This document shows, piece by piece, positions 9,769 through 19,583 of a stretch of DNA of 60,063 bases. Position numbers and translations under genes: made by a program. Within the stretch, counting starts at the first letter, position 1. The number at the start of each line of letters is the position of its first letter. Location: contig JACPZE010000026.1 of NCBI GenBank assembly GCA_016195685.1, positions 1-60,063 on the forward strand, in the 5' to 3' direction. The stretch comes from Candidatus Gottesmanbacteria bacterium (GTDB lineage: Bacteria > Patescibacteriota > Microgenomatia > 2-02-FULL-39-11). Under the pieces are notes generated by a model. It did no database searches, was not told the origin of the DNA, and saw only the letters and a list, made by a program, of their open reading frames with translations.

Positions 9769-10104
9769 ATGAAAGATGTTATTTCTTTTCCTGATTTTGA
9801 CAAATTGGACTTAAGAGTGGGGAGAGTGGTAAGCGCTGAAAGAGTAGAGGGGTCAGACAATCTTATAAGATTATTAGTCGATCTGGGAAAAGAATACGGT
9901 GAGCGGAAAATATTTACCGGAATTGCCAAATGGTATAAACAATCACAGCTTAAAGGGAAGAAATTTGTTTTCCTTGTAAATCTAGCTCCAAAACAAATGA
10001 TGAAAGAGATGAGCGAAGGCATGATTTTATGCGCTGATTTCGACCCAAAAGCAGTTATCATACCGGTTGATAAGAAGATACCAGAGGGAGGAGTTGTTAG
10101 ATAA
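9769..10104 (+). CDS. stand-alone OB-fold tRNA-binding protein (Trbp111/CsaA/MetRS C-terminal-like)
   Basis: FPDFDKLDLRVGRV, VDLG, VNLAPKQMM..SEGMIL. Confidence 0.88.
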   Translation: MKDVISFPDFDKLDLRVGRVVSAERVEGSDNLIRLLVDLGKEYGERKIFTGIAKWYKQSQLKGKKFVFLVNLAPKQMMKEMSEGMILCADFDPKAVIIPVDKKIPEGGVVR

Positions 10105-10130
10105 TTGATCTAATTAACCTCATTTCTAAA

Positions 10131-12026
10131 ATGCCAAATAATAAAAAAGTGAATCCAAAAAACGGGTATCCCAAAAACCTTAAGAAAATCTTCGAGTTTA
10201 AGGTCAACCTGACCCCGAAAAATATATTCCTGTGGCTGATAATTGGTTTTATCATACTTCTCATGTTTGTAGGAAGCCGTGATGTAACTAAACTTTTCCC
10301 AGAGAAGTCTCTTTCTACTTTAGTAGGTGATATTAAAAGTGGACAGGTGAAAAAAGTAGAAGTGATGGATACCAAACTATTGGCAACGTATAAAGATGAT
10401 AAGATTTATTCTTCGCACAAAGAAGGGCAGGATTCTTTTGACAAAACACTTTCAAACTTTGGAGTAGATCCAAAATCTGTGGAAATTAAAGTGAACGATA
10501 CTTCCGGAGGGGCTCTTTGGTTAAATATTTTATCCAACGTACTTCCATTGGTTTTGATGGTCGGGTTTTTCCTTTTTCTTATAAGACAAGCCAGAGGCGC
10601 ACAAGATACTCTTTTTTCTTTTGGGCAGTCCAGGGCAAAACTTTTCTCAAAAGATACTCCAAAAGTAACTTTTGCAGACGTAGCGGGTGTGGACGAAGCC
10701 AAAATGGAATTATCAGAAGTAGTGGATTTTCTGAAAAACCCCCAAAAATACCAAGCACTGGGAGCCAGAACCCCCAAAGGAGTGTTATTGGTAGGTCCCA
10801 GTGGTACTGGAAAGACGCTTTTAGCAAGAGCACTGGCCGGAGAAGCAAAGGCGCCATTTTTCTCCATGGCAGGATCGGAATTTATGGAAATGTTGGTAGG
10901 AGTGGGTGCTTCCCGAGTACGTGATCTTTTCAATACTGCCAAGAAAAATTCTCCAGCTATTATCTTTATCGATGAAATAGATGCAATAGGAAGGATGAGA
11001 TCTGTAGGAGTGATGGGCGGTCATGATGAAAGAGAACAAACTTTAAACCAGATATTAGTAGAGATGGATGGGTTTACTCAAAGTGAAAATGTGATAGTCG
11101 TAGCAGCGACCAACAGAGGTGATTTACTTGATCCGGCTTTACTTCGTCCGGGCCGTTTCGATAGAAGAGTAGTTTTGGATCTTCCCGATATAGAAGGAAG
11201 AAAAGCGATTTTAAATATTCATGTGAAGGGGAAGCCAGTGGCGAAAGATGTGGATTGGGACAAAGTAGCCAAAAGAACAGTTGGTTTTTCTGGTGCGGAT
11301 CTTGCCAATATGTTAAATGAGGCAGCAATTTTGGCGGCTCGTAAAAACCAGACGGAAATACTGATGGAGGATATGGAAGAAGCAGCGACGAAAGTCAAAC
11401 TAGGACCGGAAAAAAAGAGGTTGCAAACCGATTTAGACCGCAAAATGACAGCTTATCATGAAGCTGGTCATGCCATCGTGACACACATACTTCCGAATAT
11501 GGATCCTGTGCATCGAATATCGATAGTCTCTAGGGGTATGGCTTTGGGTTTTACCCTTATTCCTCCACAAAAAGACAGAATCCATGAGACCCGTACCCAT
11601 CTGTTGGAAGAGATTGCTTCCATGTTGGGTGGTCGTGCGGCAGAAGAGTTAATTTTTAATGAAATGACATCCGGAGCATCAAATGACATAGATAAAGCGA
11701 CCATGGTAGCCCGTGAAATGGTAGTGGAGTTTGGTATGTCAACACTTGGGCCGATAAACTTTGGACCAACTATGGATACTACTGAGTGGGGAGGCAGGTA
11801 TTATAACGAAACTCAGGTTTCCCAAGAAATGCAAAGTAAAATTGACCGCGAAGTGAAATTAATAATAGATGATTGTTATAAAAAGGCACAATTAATATTA
11901 AAGAAATTCAAAAATAAACTTGATTTGGTAGCTGAAGCACTCATCAAAAGAGAAACTTTGGAGCGTGAAGATTTCGAAAAACTGATTGGCTACCCCAAAC
12001 CTGCAATAATTCTTGCAAAAGCATAA
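10131..12026 (+). CDS. ftsH: ATP-dependent zinc metalloprotease FtsH
   Basis: Two TM helices, Walker A GPSGTGKT, Walker [24 protein letters not shown]. Confidence 0.97.
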   Translation: MPNNKKVNPKNGYPKNLKKIFEFKVNLTPKNIFLWLIIGFIILLMFVGSRDVTKLFPEKSLSTLVGDIKSGQVKKVEVMDTKLLATYKDDKIYSSHKEGQDSFDKTLSNFGVDPKSVEIKVNDTSGGALWLNILSNVLPLVLMVGFFLFLIRQARGAQDTLFSFGQSRAKLFSKDTPKVTFADVAGVDEAKMELSEVVDFLKNPQKYQALGARTPKGVLLVGPSGTGKTLLARALAGEAKAPFFSMAGSEFMEMLVGVGASRVRDLFNTAKKNSPAIIFIDEIDAIGRMRSVGVMGGHDEREQTLNQILVEMDGFTQSENVIVVAATNRGDLLDPALLRPGRFDRRVVLDLPDIEGRKAILNIHVKGKPVAKDVDWDKVAKRTVGFSGADLANMLNEAAILAARKNQTEILMEDMEEAATKVKLGPEKKRLQTDLDRKMTAYHEAGHAIVTHILPNMDPVHRISIVSRGMALGFTLIPPQKDRIHETRTHLLEEIASMLGGRAAEELIFNEMTSGASNDIDKATMVAREMVVEFGMSTLGPINFGPTMDTTEWGGRYYNETQVSQEMQSKIDREVKLIIDDCYKKAQLILKKFKNKLDLVAEALIKRETLEREDFEKLIGYPKPAIILAKA

Positions 12027-12064
12027 AGTACCCCAAAAGCAACTTATGCTAAAATAAACCAACA

Positions 12065-13006
12065 ATGAAACGGCTTGTTGTAATCGATGGTCATGCTATT
12101 TTACATCGTGCCTATCACGCTCTTCCGCCTCTTACCACCTCCAAGGGACTGATTGTCAATGCAGTTTACGGGTTCGCATCGATATTGCTTCGGGTTATTG
12201 AAAGTTTACAACCAACCCATCTGGTAGTTGCTTTTGATACCCCGGAGCCTACTTTTCGAAACAAGTTATTTAAAGATTATCAGATACAAAGGCCGAAAGT
12301 AGATGATGAATTCATTCCTCAAATAAATCTTGTAAAAAAACTTGTACAAGAGATGGGTATCCCCACTTTTGAAAAAGTAGGATATGAGGCAGATGACGTG
12401 ATCGGTACAATTGCGAAGAAAGCAAATGCTGATGAAGTGATTATCGTCACTGGGGATCGCGATATTTTGCAGTTAGTCGATGATAAAGTAGGGGTTTATA
12501 TGCCCGTGAAAGGAATATCTGAATCAAAGCTTTACAAGAAAGAAGAGGTAGAAGAAAAATTTGGAGTAAGTCCATCACAAATAATTGACTATAAGGCTTT
12601 GGTAGGGGATCAATCTGATAATTACCCGGGAGTAGCAGGAATAGGACCTAAAACCGCAAGTACTCTTTTACAACGATTTCAGACTCTTGAACAGATTTAT
12701 AAGAACAAAAAAGATATAGAAAGTGAAAAGGTAAAAAAAGCCCTGGATGACTATCTGAAATCAGCCCAGATGGCAAAAAAACTAGCGACGATTGTTACCG
12801 ATGTACCGCTTGAGTTTAATGTAGATGAATGTAAATTACCCAATCTTGATAAACCCAATATTCATAGATTGTTTGAAGAGTTTGAATTCAGAACTTTGAT
12901 AACTAGGTTATCAGGAAATAAAACACAATCCCGCCGCAGCGGGATCCACGATGCTGTAATCCCGATTAAATCAGGAACAGCATCGGGACAAACGTCTCTT
13001 TTCTAA
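12065..13006 (+). CDS. stand-alone 5'-3' exonuclease / flap endonuclease (PolA N-terminal domain)
   Basis: IDGHAILHRAYHA, YEADDVIG, TGDRD, GDQSDNYPGVAGIGPKTA; no polymerase domain; ends QTSLF. Confidence 0.92.
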   Translation: MKRLVVIDGHAILHRAYHALPPLTTSKGLIVNAVYGFASILLRVIESLQPTHLVVAFDTPEPTFRNKLFKDYQIQRPKVDDEFIPQINLVKKLVQEMGIPTFEKVGYEADDVIGTIAKKANADEVIIVTGDRDILQLVDDKVGVYMPVKGISESKLYKKEEVEEKFGVSPSQIIDYKALVGDQSDNYPGVAGIGPKTASTLLQRFQTLEQIYKNKKDIESEKVKKALDDYLKSAQMAKKLATIVTDVPLEFNVDECKLPNLDKPNIHRLFEEFEFRTLITRLSGNKTQSRRSGIHDAVIPIKSGTASGQTSLF

Positions 13007-13009
13007 TTT

Positions 13010-14134
13010 ATGAAAGTTGCTATTGTCCACGACTACATTAAAGAATATGGAGGGGCGGAGAGGGTATTGGAAGTTCTACACGAAATATGGCCAGAGGCAC
13101 CTGTCTATACCACTGTTTATCTTCCGCAATTCTTAGGTCCTCATATGGAAAGATTTAAAGGCTGGGATATAAGGACTTCCTGGATGCAAAATATCCCATA
13201 TGTCGGGAAACTGATTAGTCCGATTAGACTTGTTACTCCTTGGTATTTTGACAATATAGATTTCCGTCAGTTTGATGTAGTGATAGTTTCTGCCACAGGT
13301 GCTTATTTCCCAAATTTGATTGTAAGAGACCCTGATACTTTACATATCTGCTATTGCCATACTCCCCCTCGTTATCTTTATGGTTATCCGACTGCCAGAA
13401 ACTGGCAAAATAGTGTAATCGGTAGGATTGCAGCAGGATTTTTCAATCACTCACTTCGTCAATGGGATTTTGTTTCTTATCAAAGGCCGGATTATATTAT
13501 TGCTAATTCCTATGAAGTGAAGAGAAGAATCGAAAAGTTTTACAGAAGAGACGCAATGGTAATTTATCCGCCGGTTAATGCTGAGTCAAAAATCAAAAAT
13601 CAAAAATCAAAAGTCCCAGGCAAAAGTAAAAATTATTTCTTGGCTGGAGGTAGATTGGCGAGGGCAAAAAGGATTGATTTAGCTATTGAAGTATGTAATA
13701 GACTCAAGTTTCCACTGAAGGTTTTTGGCCGGGGTTTTGCTGACTATGATAGTGAGCTTAGGAGAATTGCCGGTCCGACGATAGAATTTTTAGGAGAAGT
13801 AAGTGAGCAAGAACTTTCTAAGTTATACGCTGGTGCAACAGCACTTATTTACCCGTCTGAACAAGAGGATTTTGGTATCATGCCGGTTGAGGCGATGACT
13901 TTTGGTACTCCTGTGATCGCGTTAAACCAAGGAGGAGTGAAGGAAACAGTGATAGATGGTAAAACCGGTGTGTTTTTTGATGAACCAACGGTTAAAAGCC
14001 TAATGGAAGCTATGAAACGATTCAACAAACAAATAATCATGAGTGAAAACTGTATAGAACAAGCGAAAAAATTCAGTAAAGAGAGATTCAAGAAAGAAAT
14101 TACTAATTTTGTTAATTCGAAAATTAAATTATAA
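13010..14134 (+). CDS. GT4 glycosyltransferase
   Basis: KVAIVHDY..GGAERVL, EDFGIMPVEAM. Confidence 0.9.
   Translation: MKVAIVHDYIKEYGGAERVLEVLHEIWPEAPVYTTVYLPQFLGPHMERFKGWDIRTSWMQNIPYVGKLISPIRLVTPWYFDNIDFRQFDVVIVSATGAYFPNLIVRDPDTLHICYCHTPPRYLYGYPTARNWQNSVIGRIAAGFFNHSLRQWDFVSYQRPDYIIANSYEVKRRIEKFYRRDAMVIYPPVNAESKIKNQKSKVPGKSKNYFLAGGRLARAKRIDLAIEVCNRLKFPLKVFGRGFADYDSELRRIAGPTIEFLGEVSEQELSKLYAGATALIYPSEQEDFGIMPVEAMTFGTPVIALNQGGVKETVIDGKTGVFFDEPTVKSLMEAMKRFNKQIIMSENCIEQAKKFSKERFKKEITNFVNSKIKL
13586..13613 (+). repeat. heptamer tandem array (tcaaaaa x3 + tcaaaag) inside the GT4 CDS
   Basis: Read directly; encodes SKIKNQKSK. Confidence 0.85.
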
Positions 14135-14164
14135 TTTACTGATCCCCGAAGTTAAAATTAATGT

Positions 14165-15001
14165 ATGCCTGAACTTCCAGAAGTTGAAACACTAAAAAAT
14201 CAGTTTTCCCATCTTTTGATCGGACAAAAGATAAAATCTATCGATATAAAATCTTTAAAATCCTTTCAGGGTGGTAAAGATAAAGTATTGGGACAAGTGA
14301 TAGCAGATGTGAACCGTTTTGCCAAGATACTGGTTTTATCTCTCTCTAATAATAGATATTTAGCTATACATCTCAAACTCACAGGGCAACTAATTTATAG
14401 AGGAAAAAAACAACCGAAAAAATTAAAAATATTTGAAACTGATCTTTTACAACTGCCAAACATCTATACAAGAGTTATTATAAATTTCCAAAGCGGGGAT
14501 AAATTATATTTCAATGATCAAAGAAAATTTGGCTGGGTTAAGGTAGTCGATGATCTTGCCAGTCTAGTCAAGAAATTGGGACCTGACCCGTTGGCAAAAC
14601 TGGATAAAAAAAAGTTTTATGAAATTATTCACGCGAGTCGTAAACCGATAAAAGTTCTTCTTATGGACCAGGAGAAAATAGGGGGAGTAGGGAATATCTA
14701 TGCGAATGACTCCCTTTTTTTGTCTAAAATAAATCCCAAGGTGAAAGCGGACCAACTATCAATTAATCAGGCTGCGAAATTATTTGGAAATTTAGTGCGG
14801 GTTTTAACAGAGGGTATAAAATGGAGAGGTTCTTCGCAGGATAATTTCCGTGATGCATATGGTGTAAAAGGTGAGAAACAGGACCATTTTTATGTATATG
14901 GTAAAAGTAAAGAGAAATGTATCAATGGTTGTGGAGGAATCATAACTAGAATAGAACTTGGTGGCAGGGGTACCTTTTACTGCCCGATATGCCAAAGGTA
15001 A
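14165..15001 (+). CDS. mutM: formamidopyrimidine-DNA glycosylase
   Basis: N-terminal PELPEVE, H2TH GVGNIYAND, C-terminal zinc finger ending CPICQ. Confidence 0.95.
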   Translation: MPELPEVETLKNQFSHLLIGQKIKSIDIKSLKSFQGGKDKVLGQVIADVNRFAKILVLSLSNNRYLAIHLKLTGQLIYRGKKQPKKLKIFETDLLQLPNIYTRVIINFQSGDKLYFNDQRKFGWVKVVDDLASLVKKLGPDPLAKLDKKKFYEIIHASRKPIKVLLMDQEKIGGVGNIYANDSLFLSKINPKVKADQLSINQAAKLFGNLVRVLTEGIKWRGSSQDNFRDAYGVKGEKQDHFYVYGKSKEKCINGCGGIITRIELGGRGTFYCPICQR

Positions 15002-15025
15002 GATTTCTGCTATAATACGCTGTAG

Positions 15026-15772
15026 ATGGATATATCCCAACCTATTGTCCAGACTTATGACAAGTCCTTCGGATTATCAAAGGATAAACCTCTTGTAATC
15101 TCCCTAGGCGGATCATTGGTTATTCCCAATAGCGGGATGGATACCAAATTTTTGGCACAATTCAATAATTTCATAAGACAAAAAATCGCCCAAGGATGGC
15201 GATTTTTTATAGTAGTTGGCGGAGGAGCGACTGCCCGCCATTATATAGAAGAAGCGCAGAAAATTGCAGGTCATATAACCGACTGGGATTTGGACTTTTT
15301 AGGTATCCATGCAACTCGTCTGAACGCGCATCTTATGAGAACTATCTTTCAGGATGTTGCACATCCTAGGATCATAGCCAATTACGAAAAAAAGATTACC
15401 CAACTGAAACAACCTTTGGTCATTGCAGCGGGATGGAAACCCGGTTTTTCTACAGACTATGATGCTGTTATATTGGCAAGAGATTACGGTGCTCAGGCTG
15501 TAATCAATATGTCCAATATCACCCAGGTTTTTGAAAAAGACCCCAAAAAATTTCCGGACGCCAGGCCTCTACACAATCTGACGTGGGAAGAATTTGAAAA
15601 GATTGTAGGAAATAAATGGAGTCCGGGGAGCAATCTCCCTTTTGATCCTGTAGCTACAAAGTTAGCTAAGGAACTGAAAATATCAGTATACGTGGTGGGC
15701 AGTGATTTGAATAATTTAGAAAATGTGATTGCAGGAAAAATTTTTCTCGGCACCGTTATTTCTCCTTCATGA
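15026..15772 (+). CDS. pyrH: UMP kinase (archaeal-type)
   Basis: VISLGGSL, VGGGATARHY, PGFSTDYDA, DPKKFPDA, PFDPVA. Confidence 0.88.
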   Translation: MDISQPIVQTYDKSFGLSKDKPLVISLGGSLVIPNSGMDTKFLAQFNNFIRQKIAQGWRFFIVVGGGATARHYIEEAQKIAGHITDWDLDFLGIHATRLNAHLMRTIFQDVAHPRIIANYEKKITQLKQPLVIAAGWKPGFSTDYDAVILARDYGAQAVINMSNITQVFEKDPKKFPDARPLHNLTWEEFEKIVGNKWSPGSNLPFDPVATKLAKELKISVYVVGSDLNNLENVIAGKIFLGTVISPS

Positions 15773-16875
15773 TTTTATCCAGTCTTTCTTTACAAAATTT
15801 TCGCAAGTTTCCCAAAAAAATTTTTCATTTTTCATCAAATCAAACGATCATTATAGGGCCAAATGGAATAGGAAAGACCAATATTCTTGAGGCGATTTTT
15901 CTACTGGCGACAGGCAGAAGTTTCCGGGCGGAAAATGACAGGGAGATGATCGAATTCGGTAAAGAAACAGGAAGAGTATCGGCCGGAGTAAATATATCGA
16001 CTGATGAGAATACCGATCTGGAAGTTTTATTGACGTCCGGAATGGTAATAGGAATAAAGACCCAACTAAAACAATATAAATTAAACGGAGTGCCCAAGCG
16101 GATGTCGGATTTTGTGGGAATCTTAAAAGTCGTACTTTTCTGGCCGCAGGATCTGGAACTCGTGACTGATTCTCCATCTGTAAGGCGCCATTATCTGGAT
16201 TTTGTTTTAATGCAGGTAGATAGAGAATACAGAAGAAATTTACATTCATATGAAAAAGGATTGCGACAGAGAAATAAAGTACTAGAAGCTATACGGGATA
16301 CCGGTGCGCATCATCATCAGTTACTCTTTTGGAATCAATTGCTTATAAAAAGCGGGGAGCATATTATAAAGAAAAGAGAGGAATATATAGATTATATTAA
16401 TAACCATCAACGATCCCCGGCCTCGCCCGGCACGGGGCGAGTAACCATCAACGATCAACAGCTGCGTTACCAATTATTTTATGATAAAAGTATTATTTCC
16501 CAAGACAGATTAGATCAATACAGTCGAGAAGAAGTGGCGTCGGCAAATACTCTGGTTGGACCACATAGGGACGATTTTAGTTTTTCTCTGAGTTCAACCC
16601 CTGGGATTGAGGCTAGAAATCTTTCACACTACGGAAGCAGGGGAGAGCAAAGACTAGGTATACTTTGGCTGAAATTGAGAGAATTGGCATATATTAAAGA
16701 AACAACAAGAGAGAAACCAATATTACTTTTGGATGATATATTTTCTGAACTGGATCATGAACGCAGGAAAATAATTTTTGATATTATTGGTAATCAACAA
16801 ACTATCATGACTACAACTGACTTACATCTTTTGGAAAAAGCCAAAATTGAAAATGCAAAGATGATAGAATTGTAA
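15769..16875 (+). CDS. recF: DNA replication/repair protein RecF
   Basis: LQNFR, Walker A GPNGIGKTN, GPHRDD, GSRGEQR, LLLDDIFSELD. Confidence 0.95.
   Translation: MILSSLSLQNFRKFPKKIFHFSSNQTIIIGPNGIGKTNILEAIFLLATGRSFRAENDREMIEFGKETGRVSAGVNISTDENTDLEVLLTSGMVIGIKTQLKQYKLNGVPKRMSDFVGILKVVLFWPQDLELVTDSPSVRRHYLDFVLMQVDREYRRNLHSYEKGLRQRNKVLEAIRDTGAHHHQLLFWNQLLIKSGEHIIKKREEYIDYINNHQRSPASPGTGRVTINDQQLRYQLFYDKSIISQDRLDQYSREEVASANTLVGPHRDDFSFSLSSTPGIEARNLSHYGSRGEQRLGILWLKLRELAYIKETTREKPILLLDDIFSELDHERRKIIFDIIGNQQTIMTTTDLHLLEKAKIENAKMIEL
16401..16463 (+). repeat. heptamer array interrupted by a GC hairpin, inside recF
   Basis: taaccatcaacgatc at 16401-16415 and 16442-16456 flanks ctcgccc-ggcacg-gggcgag. 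Confidence 0.8.
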
Positions 16876-16878
16876 GTG

Positions 16879-17044
16879 CGGGTCCTGATAATTATAAGCT
16901 CGCATATAAATTTTTCTAGCTTACAATATTACAGTATTCCGTTAGTGCGTTGCCATTCTTATTTTATCTAAGAATCTTATTAGTTGATCCTGATTTATTT
17001 ACTTGATTTAAGCGTCCCGTGTGTGCGCTTCAAAAAATTCATAT
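16879..17044. repeat. degenerate family A/B composite element
   Basis: cgggtcctg at 16879, atataaatttttc at 16904-16916, gcgtcccgt at 17012, cttcaaaaaattcatat at 17028-17044. Confidence 0.6.
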
Positions 17045-17077
17045 TGCTGCGCTTCTTAACTTGGTTATGTAATAATA

Positions 17078-17935
17078 ATGTATATGGACAACTTTCTTAA
17101 AAATATTTATCTTCCCTCCAAAGATTCCCACAAAGGACAAAATGGGAGATTACTTATCATTGGTGGGTCGCATCTTTTCCATAGTGCTTCTTTGTGGTCA
17201 CTTAAAGTAGCCAGTCGTATTGTAGATTTGGTACATTACTCTTCAATTCCCGAGAACAATAAAATTGTTCAAAAGTTAAAGGAAGAGTTCCGGGATGGGA
17301 TTGTTGTCCCACGTTCGGAGATCGATAATTACATCCAAGAGGACGATTGTATATTAATTGGCCCGGGGATGGTCCGGACAGAAAATCCGAAATCCGAAAT
17401 CCGAAATCCGAATTTAAATGAAATATTAGAAATAGAAGATGAAGGATTACAGACTTATTATCTGACAAAATATTTACTGCAAAAATATCCACAAAAGAGA
17501 TGGGTGATAGACGCAGGAGCCCTGCAAATGATGGAACCGGCTTGGATTCCGGCAAATGCTATTCTTACTCCCCATCATTTGGAATTTAAACGATTATTTG
17601 GTAGAGATTACACACCGCAATTAGTAGGTGAAGAAGCGAAAAAACATAATTGCATAATATTAGTTAAAGGAAAACAGGATATTGTTTGTTCGCCTAAAGA
17701 ATGTAAAACAATTAAAGGAGGAAATGCCGGTATGACAAAGGGAGGCACAGGAGATGTTCTTGCAGGTTTGGTTTCCGCACTTTATTGTAAGAACGATCCA
17801 TTTCTGTCCGCCACAGCGGCTTCTTATATCAACAAAAAAGCAGGAGAAGATTTATTCAAAAAGATGGGTTATTTTTTCAATGCCTCAGATTTGGCTGACC
17901 AGATTCCCCAGACGATGAATAAATTGCTTTTATGA
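17078..17935 (+). CDS. nnrD: NAD(P)H-hydrate dehydratase (YjeF C-terminal)
   Basis: HKGQNGRLLIIGGS, IGPG, VIDAGAL, LTPHHLEF, GGTGDVLAG. Confidence 0.9.
   Translation: MYMDNFLKNIYLPSKDSHKGQNGRLLIIGGSHLFHSASLWSLKVASRIVDLVHYSSIPENNKIVQKLKEEFRDGIVVPRSEIDNYIQEDDCILIGPGMVRTENPKSEIRNPNLNEILEIEDEGLQTYYLTKYLLQKYPQKRWVIDAGALQMMEPAWIPANAILTPHHLEFKRLFGRDYTPQLVGEEAKKHNCIILVKGKQDIVCSPKECKTIKGGNAGMTKGGTGDVLAGLVSALYCKNDPFLSATAASYINKKAGEDLFKKMGYFFNASDLADQIPQTMNKLLL
17383..17410 (+). repeat. heptamer tandem array (aaatccg x4) inside nnrD
   Basis: Four perfect copies; encodes NPKSEIRNP. Confidence 0.9.
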
Positions 17936-18462
17936 TAGAAAAACGAGCAATAATTCTCCATGCCTGGTATGAAAATCCTAATAGCCAATGGTATCAGTGG
18001 CTAAAAAAAGAGTTGGAAAAGAAAGATTATTCAATATTGATTCCGGATCTTCCAACTATGAATTCTGATTTACCGGATATGGAGAAAATGATTGAAAAAG
18101 TTAAAAGCTTGGTTGATGAAAATACCATAATTGCTGGTCACAGTTTAGGTGCTGTTTTAGCCTTAAGAATCGCGGAGAGAATAAAATATAAGAAAGCAAT
18201 TCTTGTGGCCGGATGGGATTTTAATGACCTTTGTGAAGAGCACCGATTATTTTGGAAAAATATGATAGATCATAAAAAGATTAAAAGTAACGTAAGAGAA
18301 ATTTATTGCTTATCATCTGGTAATGATATTTTTTTTACCGCCAATCAAACGGAGAATATGAGTAAGAGGTTGGGGGCAAAATTTATTCTTATTAAAGGTG
18401 CTGGACATTTTACAAGGAAAGATGGGATTACGGAAGTTCCTAAGATTCTTCAGTTTATCTAA
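17932..18462 (+). CDS. RBBP9/YdeN-family alpha/beta hydrolase
   Basis: GHSLG nucleophile elbow, S..D, GAGHF. Confidence 0.85.
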   Translation: MIEKRAIILHAWYENPNSQWYQWLKKELEKKDYSILIPDLPTMNSDLPDMEKMIEKVKSLVDENTIIAGHSLGAVLALRIAERIKYKKAILVAGWDFNDLCEEHRLFWKNMIDHKKIKSNVREIYCLSSGNDIFFTANQTENMSKRLGAKFILIKGAGHFTRKDGITEVPKILQFI

Positions 18463-19304
18463 AAGAAATTTAAAAGAATTATGCCGAGCACACAGAGAAG
18501 GGAACCAGCTAGTTTTTTGCTGATGTTTTTTCTTTCTCCAAGAAATAGTATTCCTATCAACACACTAGATAGTAAAAAAACAGTCGTAAAATTTACATTC
18601 GCTACAGCTATTTTGCTTCTTTGATAGGTCCAAAGAAGAAGATAAAATGCCGATACCGCAGTAAACCTAGAGAGTATTATTTTTTTCTTATATTTTCCAA
18701 AAATTGTTTTAATATCCTTATAAGTTTTGGGAATAAAAAGCAGTATAGAAACGATAAAAAAATCAAAAATAAAAACAAAGGATAAAGGATCAACGAGCGA
18801 TAGCGCAAGTTTTTGAAAAACAGCTGAAATGCCAAAAGATAAACCAACAACCAATGCTAAGAAGAGTCCAAAAGAGAGTCTGAGCTTTTTGCCTTCATAG
18901 AAAATGATTAATATGCCACAAATTATTGCCAAAAAACCGACAATATTGATCATATTTATTTTTTCGTGTAAAAATACTATTCCCGATGTGAAGGTGACAA
19001 GAAGACTTGATTGTAAAAGTATTGTGATGTTGGATATATCTTCAGTTTTGTAAGCTTTGATCAGAGATAAATTTCCAAGGAATGTGGCTAGAACAGCAAG
19101 AAAAATATATAAATAGACAATAGATAATTTAGGAAATGATCCAAATAATAGAAAAGGAATTAGAAAAAGTAGTCCGTTGAGTGAAAGCTGAAGAAAAAAA
19201 TAGGAGAAAGAAGAATATTTTTTTTCAGTTATACTTTTATTTATGCTTTCTGTAACTCCTGAGGAAATACCAGCAAGTATTGAGACAAAATAGACAAAAA
19301 TCAT
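18459..19304 (-). CDS. EamA/DMT-family transporter
   Basis: About 10 TM helices in two repeats. Reads on the minus strand (CAT at 19302-19304; stop at 18459-18461). Confidence 0.82.
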   Translation of the reverse strand: MIFVYFVSILAGISSGVTESINKSITEKKYSSFSYFFLQLSLNGLLFLIPFLLFGSFPKLSIVYLYIFLAVLATFLGNLSLIKAYKTEDISNITILLQSSLLVTFTSGIVFLHEKINMINIVGFLAIICGILIIFYEGKKLRLSFGLFLALVVGLSFGISAVFQKLALSLVDPLSFVFIFDFFIVSILLFIPKTYKDIKTIFGKYKKKIILSRFTAVSAFYLLLWTYQRSKIAVANVNFTTVFLLSSVLIGILFLGERKNISKKLAGSLLCVLGIILLNFF

Positions 19305-19564
19305 TCATCCAGCCTTTCAACGATCTTGGTTAATTGGTAGGTGATAATTACTGCAAGGATAGTAATAAGGATTGCGTAGATAAGAAGTGAGATAACACCG
19401 CTACCAACTGAAAGATATTTTTTCACATATTCGTTCACGAATTCCTGTATTACATTATTCCAAGCCAAAGCGGCAACCAGTCCAAAACCTGATGTGGTCA
19501 AAGTAATCATTTGCTTCACAATTGCCGTATGAAGTTTTCTTTCGCTTGGATTTTTGTCCGCCAT
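19301..19564 (-). CDS. DUF5654-family small membrane protein
   Basis: TSGFGLVAALAWNNVIQ motif; two TM helices. Confidence 0.8.
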   Translation of the reverse strand: MADKNPSERKLHTAIVKQMITLTTSGFGLVAALAWNNVIQEFVNEYVKKYLSVGSGVISLLIYAILITILAVIITYQLTKIVERLDE

Positions 19565-19583
19565 AATGAGATAATTATACCAA

